NCBI GenBank assembly: GCA_041497675.1
Contig: JBGQGY010000026.1
Span: 1-35,076, forward strand
From: a bacterium
GTDB taxonomy: Bacteria > Sysuimicrobiota > Sysuimicrobiia > Sysuimicrobiales > Humicultoraceae
Direction of reading: 5' to 3'
Length of the DNA stretch: 35,076 bases
The notes under the pieces are model-generated. The model worked only from the letters and a program-made list of their open reading frames with translations. It was not told the origin of the DNA and made no database searches. Every line of letters begins with the position of its first letter. Within the stretch, counting starts at the first letter, position 1. The position numbers and the translations under genes were made by a program. Below, one piece after another: positions 33,354 to 35,076 of this stretch.

Positions 33354-33910
33354 GTATCACGCTCGCAAGTCATGAAATCGGCGTCTATCAGTACGCCTTG
33401 TGGTGAAGGAATCCTTAATCGGGGCCGGGGTGAGAGGAGCGGGATCGGGATCAGTGCCCGCTCCGGATTCGAGACAACAGCCAGCCCACGTACCCTCGTC
33501 CCCGGCTTCCGCGGAGACCTCTGGGGGCCTGGAGGCGGCTGGGAAGTTGATCTGCGCGCGGCCGTCCCTTGTCCGTCGAGACCTCCCCGAGGAACAGCCG
33601 CGCGAAGGTGGCGCGGGCCTTGAAGGCGACCAGTGCGCGGTCCCCGGCGCGACACTTGCGCAGCGAGCAGATGAGCCATTGCGAGCAGGTCGCCGGCCGC
33701 GGATGGTGGTCGTTGTGCCCGGCTGCGGGCGATGGCACCCCGGCACACCTCGACCGCGACCTGAGCGGTTGCCCCGCGGACGGCCCTGAGCTGAACGGCC
33801 GCCTCCATGAGCCGGCCGCAGGCGATGAGCCGCTCCACGGCCTGCAAATGTCCCCGGATGCACCGCAGCCGCGCGGCAAGACCGGCCCGCTCCCGACCGT
33901 CCCGGCTCAT
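33350..33910 (-). pseudogene. Degenerate CsoR/RcnR-family metal-sensing repressor with a low-complexity tail
   Basis: LAARLRCIRGHLQAVERLI...EAAVQLRAVRGA resembles the CsoR/RcnR N-half; canonical metal ligands are not evident; the last ~95 aa look non-coding. Confidence 0.5.
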
Positions 33911-34065
33911 GGGACTCTAGTGGCATCCGCCCCGTGCGTATGACCATCCCGGTCCGCGGCGTCACCATGGCCACCGTGTCCCATGAACAGGTGATGCCCG
34001 AGCATCAAGATGAAGAACGCCGCGTAAAGGATCCAGTTGCCGTAGGCTTGCCAGAACGCTTCCAT
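33907..34065 (-). CDS. His-rich small membrane protein (DUF2933-like), paralog of 26433-26648
   Basis: Not in the ORF track: MEAFWQAYGNWILYAAFFILMLGHHLFMGHGGHGDAADRDGHTHGADATRVP; GGGAGGG RBS. Confidence 0.72.
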   Translation of the reverse strand: MEAFWQAYGNWILYAAFFILMLGHHLFMGHGGHGDAADRDGHTHGADATRVP

Positions 34066-34117
34066 GGTCTACCCTCCCGTGTCTCTGTCGCCGCTCCCGC
34101 CGGTGCTCGCACGCAGC

Positions 34118-34822
34118 TTAGGCGACGTGCCGCGTTTCCGGGGCGGTGAGGACGTTCTTGCGCGAGTCGATCCAGGCTTTGATGCCGAAGAACCCCGCCG
34201 AGAAGATGAGCAGTCGGCTGAGCTGCCCGGCGGGATTGTTGAACTCGGCCATGTCCATCGCGCCTGCCGCGACAAGGGCCATGATCCCCAAGATGCCAAG
34301 CACGACGGCGAGGCTCCACGACAGGCCGGGGGCCGTTCGCGCCGTGGTGCGGGAATTGAGGATTGGTACGTTCCACCCCCATCGCTTTGCCACGAACCCA
34401 TCGAGTCCCCAAATCAGGCCCGCGCCTGTGGCGATCAGGATGAGCTCCATGATGATGTAGGTCGCATTGGCGCTGACCGAACCGGCAAGCAGGAAGCTCA
34501 CGTTCATCACGATGCCAGCCGCGGCCGCCAGGTTAACGAAGAGCCCTGCGAGGAGTGCGAGCCCTACGAGCACTTCGCCCCAGCTCACCAGGAACGCCAA
34601 GGTCCCGGCGTTGGGCAGGAACAGACTTTCGATCAGTCCGCGGTACCAGTCGAAGTGCGAACCTTTCAATGCTCCCTGGAGGAAGCCTGTGACGGCGGGA
34701 GCGGTGCCCCGCCACGCGGGGCTCCACACTTTCTCCCACCCGGCGACAAACCAGCTCCATCCGAGATACGTGCGGAGCAAAAACACTGCGACCTGCCAGC
34801 TAGTGCTTCGGCCAGTGATCAT
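34118..34822 (-). CDS. DoxX/DoxD (TQO small subunit-like) membrane protein
   Basis: LRTYLGWSWFVAGWEKV, WY..LIE...LPN, LVSWGEVLVGLALLAG, MN.SFLLAGSVS.N, GLDG. Confidence 0.88.
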   Translation of the reverse strand: MITGRSTSWQVAVFLLRTYLGWSWFVAGWEKVWSPAWRGTAPAVTGFLQGALKGSHFDWYRGLIESLFLPNAGTLAFLVSWGEVLVGLALLAGLFVNLAAAAGIVMNVSFLLAGSVSANATYIIMELILIATGAGLIWGLDGFVAKRWGWNVPILNSRTTARTAPGLSWSLAVVLGILGIMALVAAGAMDMAEFNNPAGQLSRLLIFSAGFFGIKAWIDSRKNVLTAPETRHVA

Positions 34823-34898
34823 CGGAGTGCCCTCCTGTCTCGATCGATTGTGGGGGCCGACCCGGTTCCGATCGTAGTGGAGAGGAGGGGAGTGCTGG

Positions 34899-34962
34899 TT
34901 AAGCGTTCATTAACCCCGCGAGCCGCCGCCCCGCGATTTGCCAGTGCTTAACGGCAGCTTAA
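34899..34962. promoter_or_regulatory. Divergent promoter pair, each with a TTAA-N7-TTAA box
   Basis: 34899-34913 (minus, followed by TACGAT) and 34948-34962 (plus, followed by TACGCT). Confidence 0.7.
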
Positions 34963-35076
34963 CCACCGCAGGCCCTGGCCTGGGATACGCTGTGAGCAAA
35001 CAAGAATATGGAGGTTGCCATCATGGCAGGAATCAGTTCTTATGGCCGTCAAGGCCGTGGTTGATGAGACCGTGGC

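Noticed and set aside
35008..35076. Gene start after the 34948 promoter box
   Set aside because: The ATG at 35023 with GGAGG stops after 13 codons, and the alternative ATG at 35042 runs off the edge; too little sequence to call.
1..35076. CRISPR arrays, tRNA/rRNA, transposases, integrases
   Set aside because: No repeat-spacer periodicity, RNA-gene signatures or recombinase motifs seen by inspection; a covariance-model search was not possible.

Overview
High-GC bacterial accessory region for copper handling and extracytoplasmic redox chemistry. No RNA genes, CRISPR arrays or mobile elements were recognised. Left half: a 7-TM sensor (truncated by the window edge) with an extracytoplasmic CxxCH is divergent from a membrane-anchored decaheme cytochrome c. 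These face a ~13 kb minus-strand run: cupredoxins, Tat-exported NrfC-like 4Fe-4S protein, NrfD/ActC-like membrane protein, Ig-like membrane protein, Met-rich proteins, two atypical CuA-like cupredoxins, CopD-like protein and ccmABCDEF plus two accessory genes. A NarL-type two-component pair lies upstream of the run. Right half: an OmpR-type two-component pair and a copper/envelope-stress island (CopA with a fused N-terminal membrane domain, CopI-like cupredoxin, YHS, His-rich DUF2933-like, YVTN propeller, NfeD-like, PRC-barrel, rhodanese, DoxX). Its promoters share a TTAA-N7-TTAA box at a fixed distance from a -10 element. Best leads: (1) a candidate small membrane selenoprotein (C-L-UGA, followed by a GGUC-loop hairpin and an open frame to a stop coupled to the next gene); (2) a Mo-free NrfCD/ActBC-like quinol module flanked by copper proteins with non-canonical CuA-like motifs; (3) a heme-c-bearing sensor beside the decaheme cytochrome. 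All family calls come from motif recognition, not database searches.
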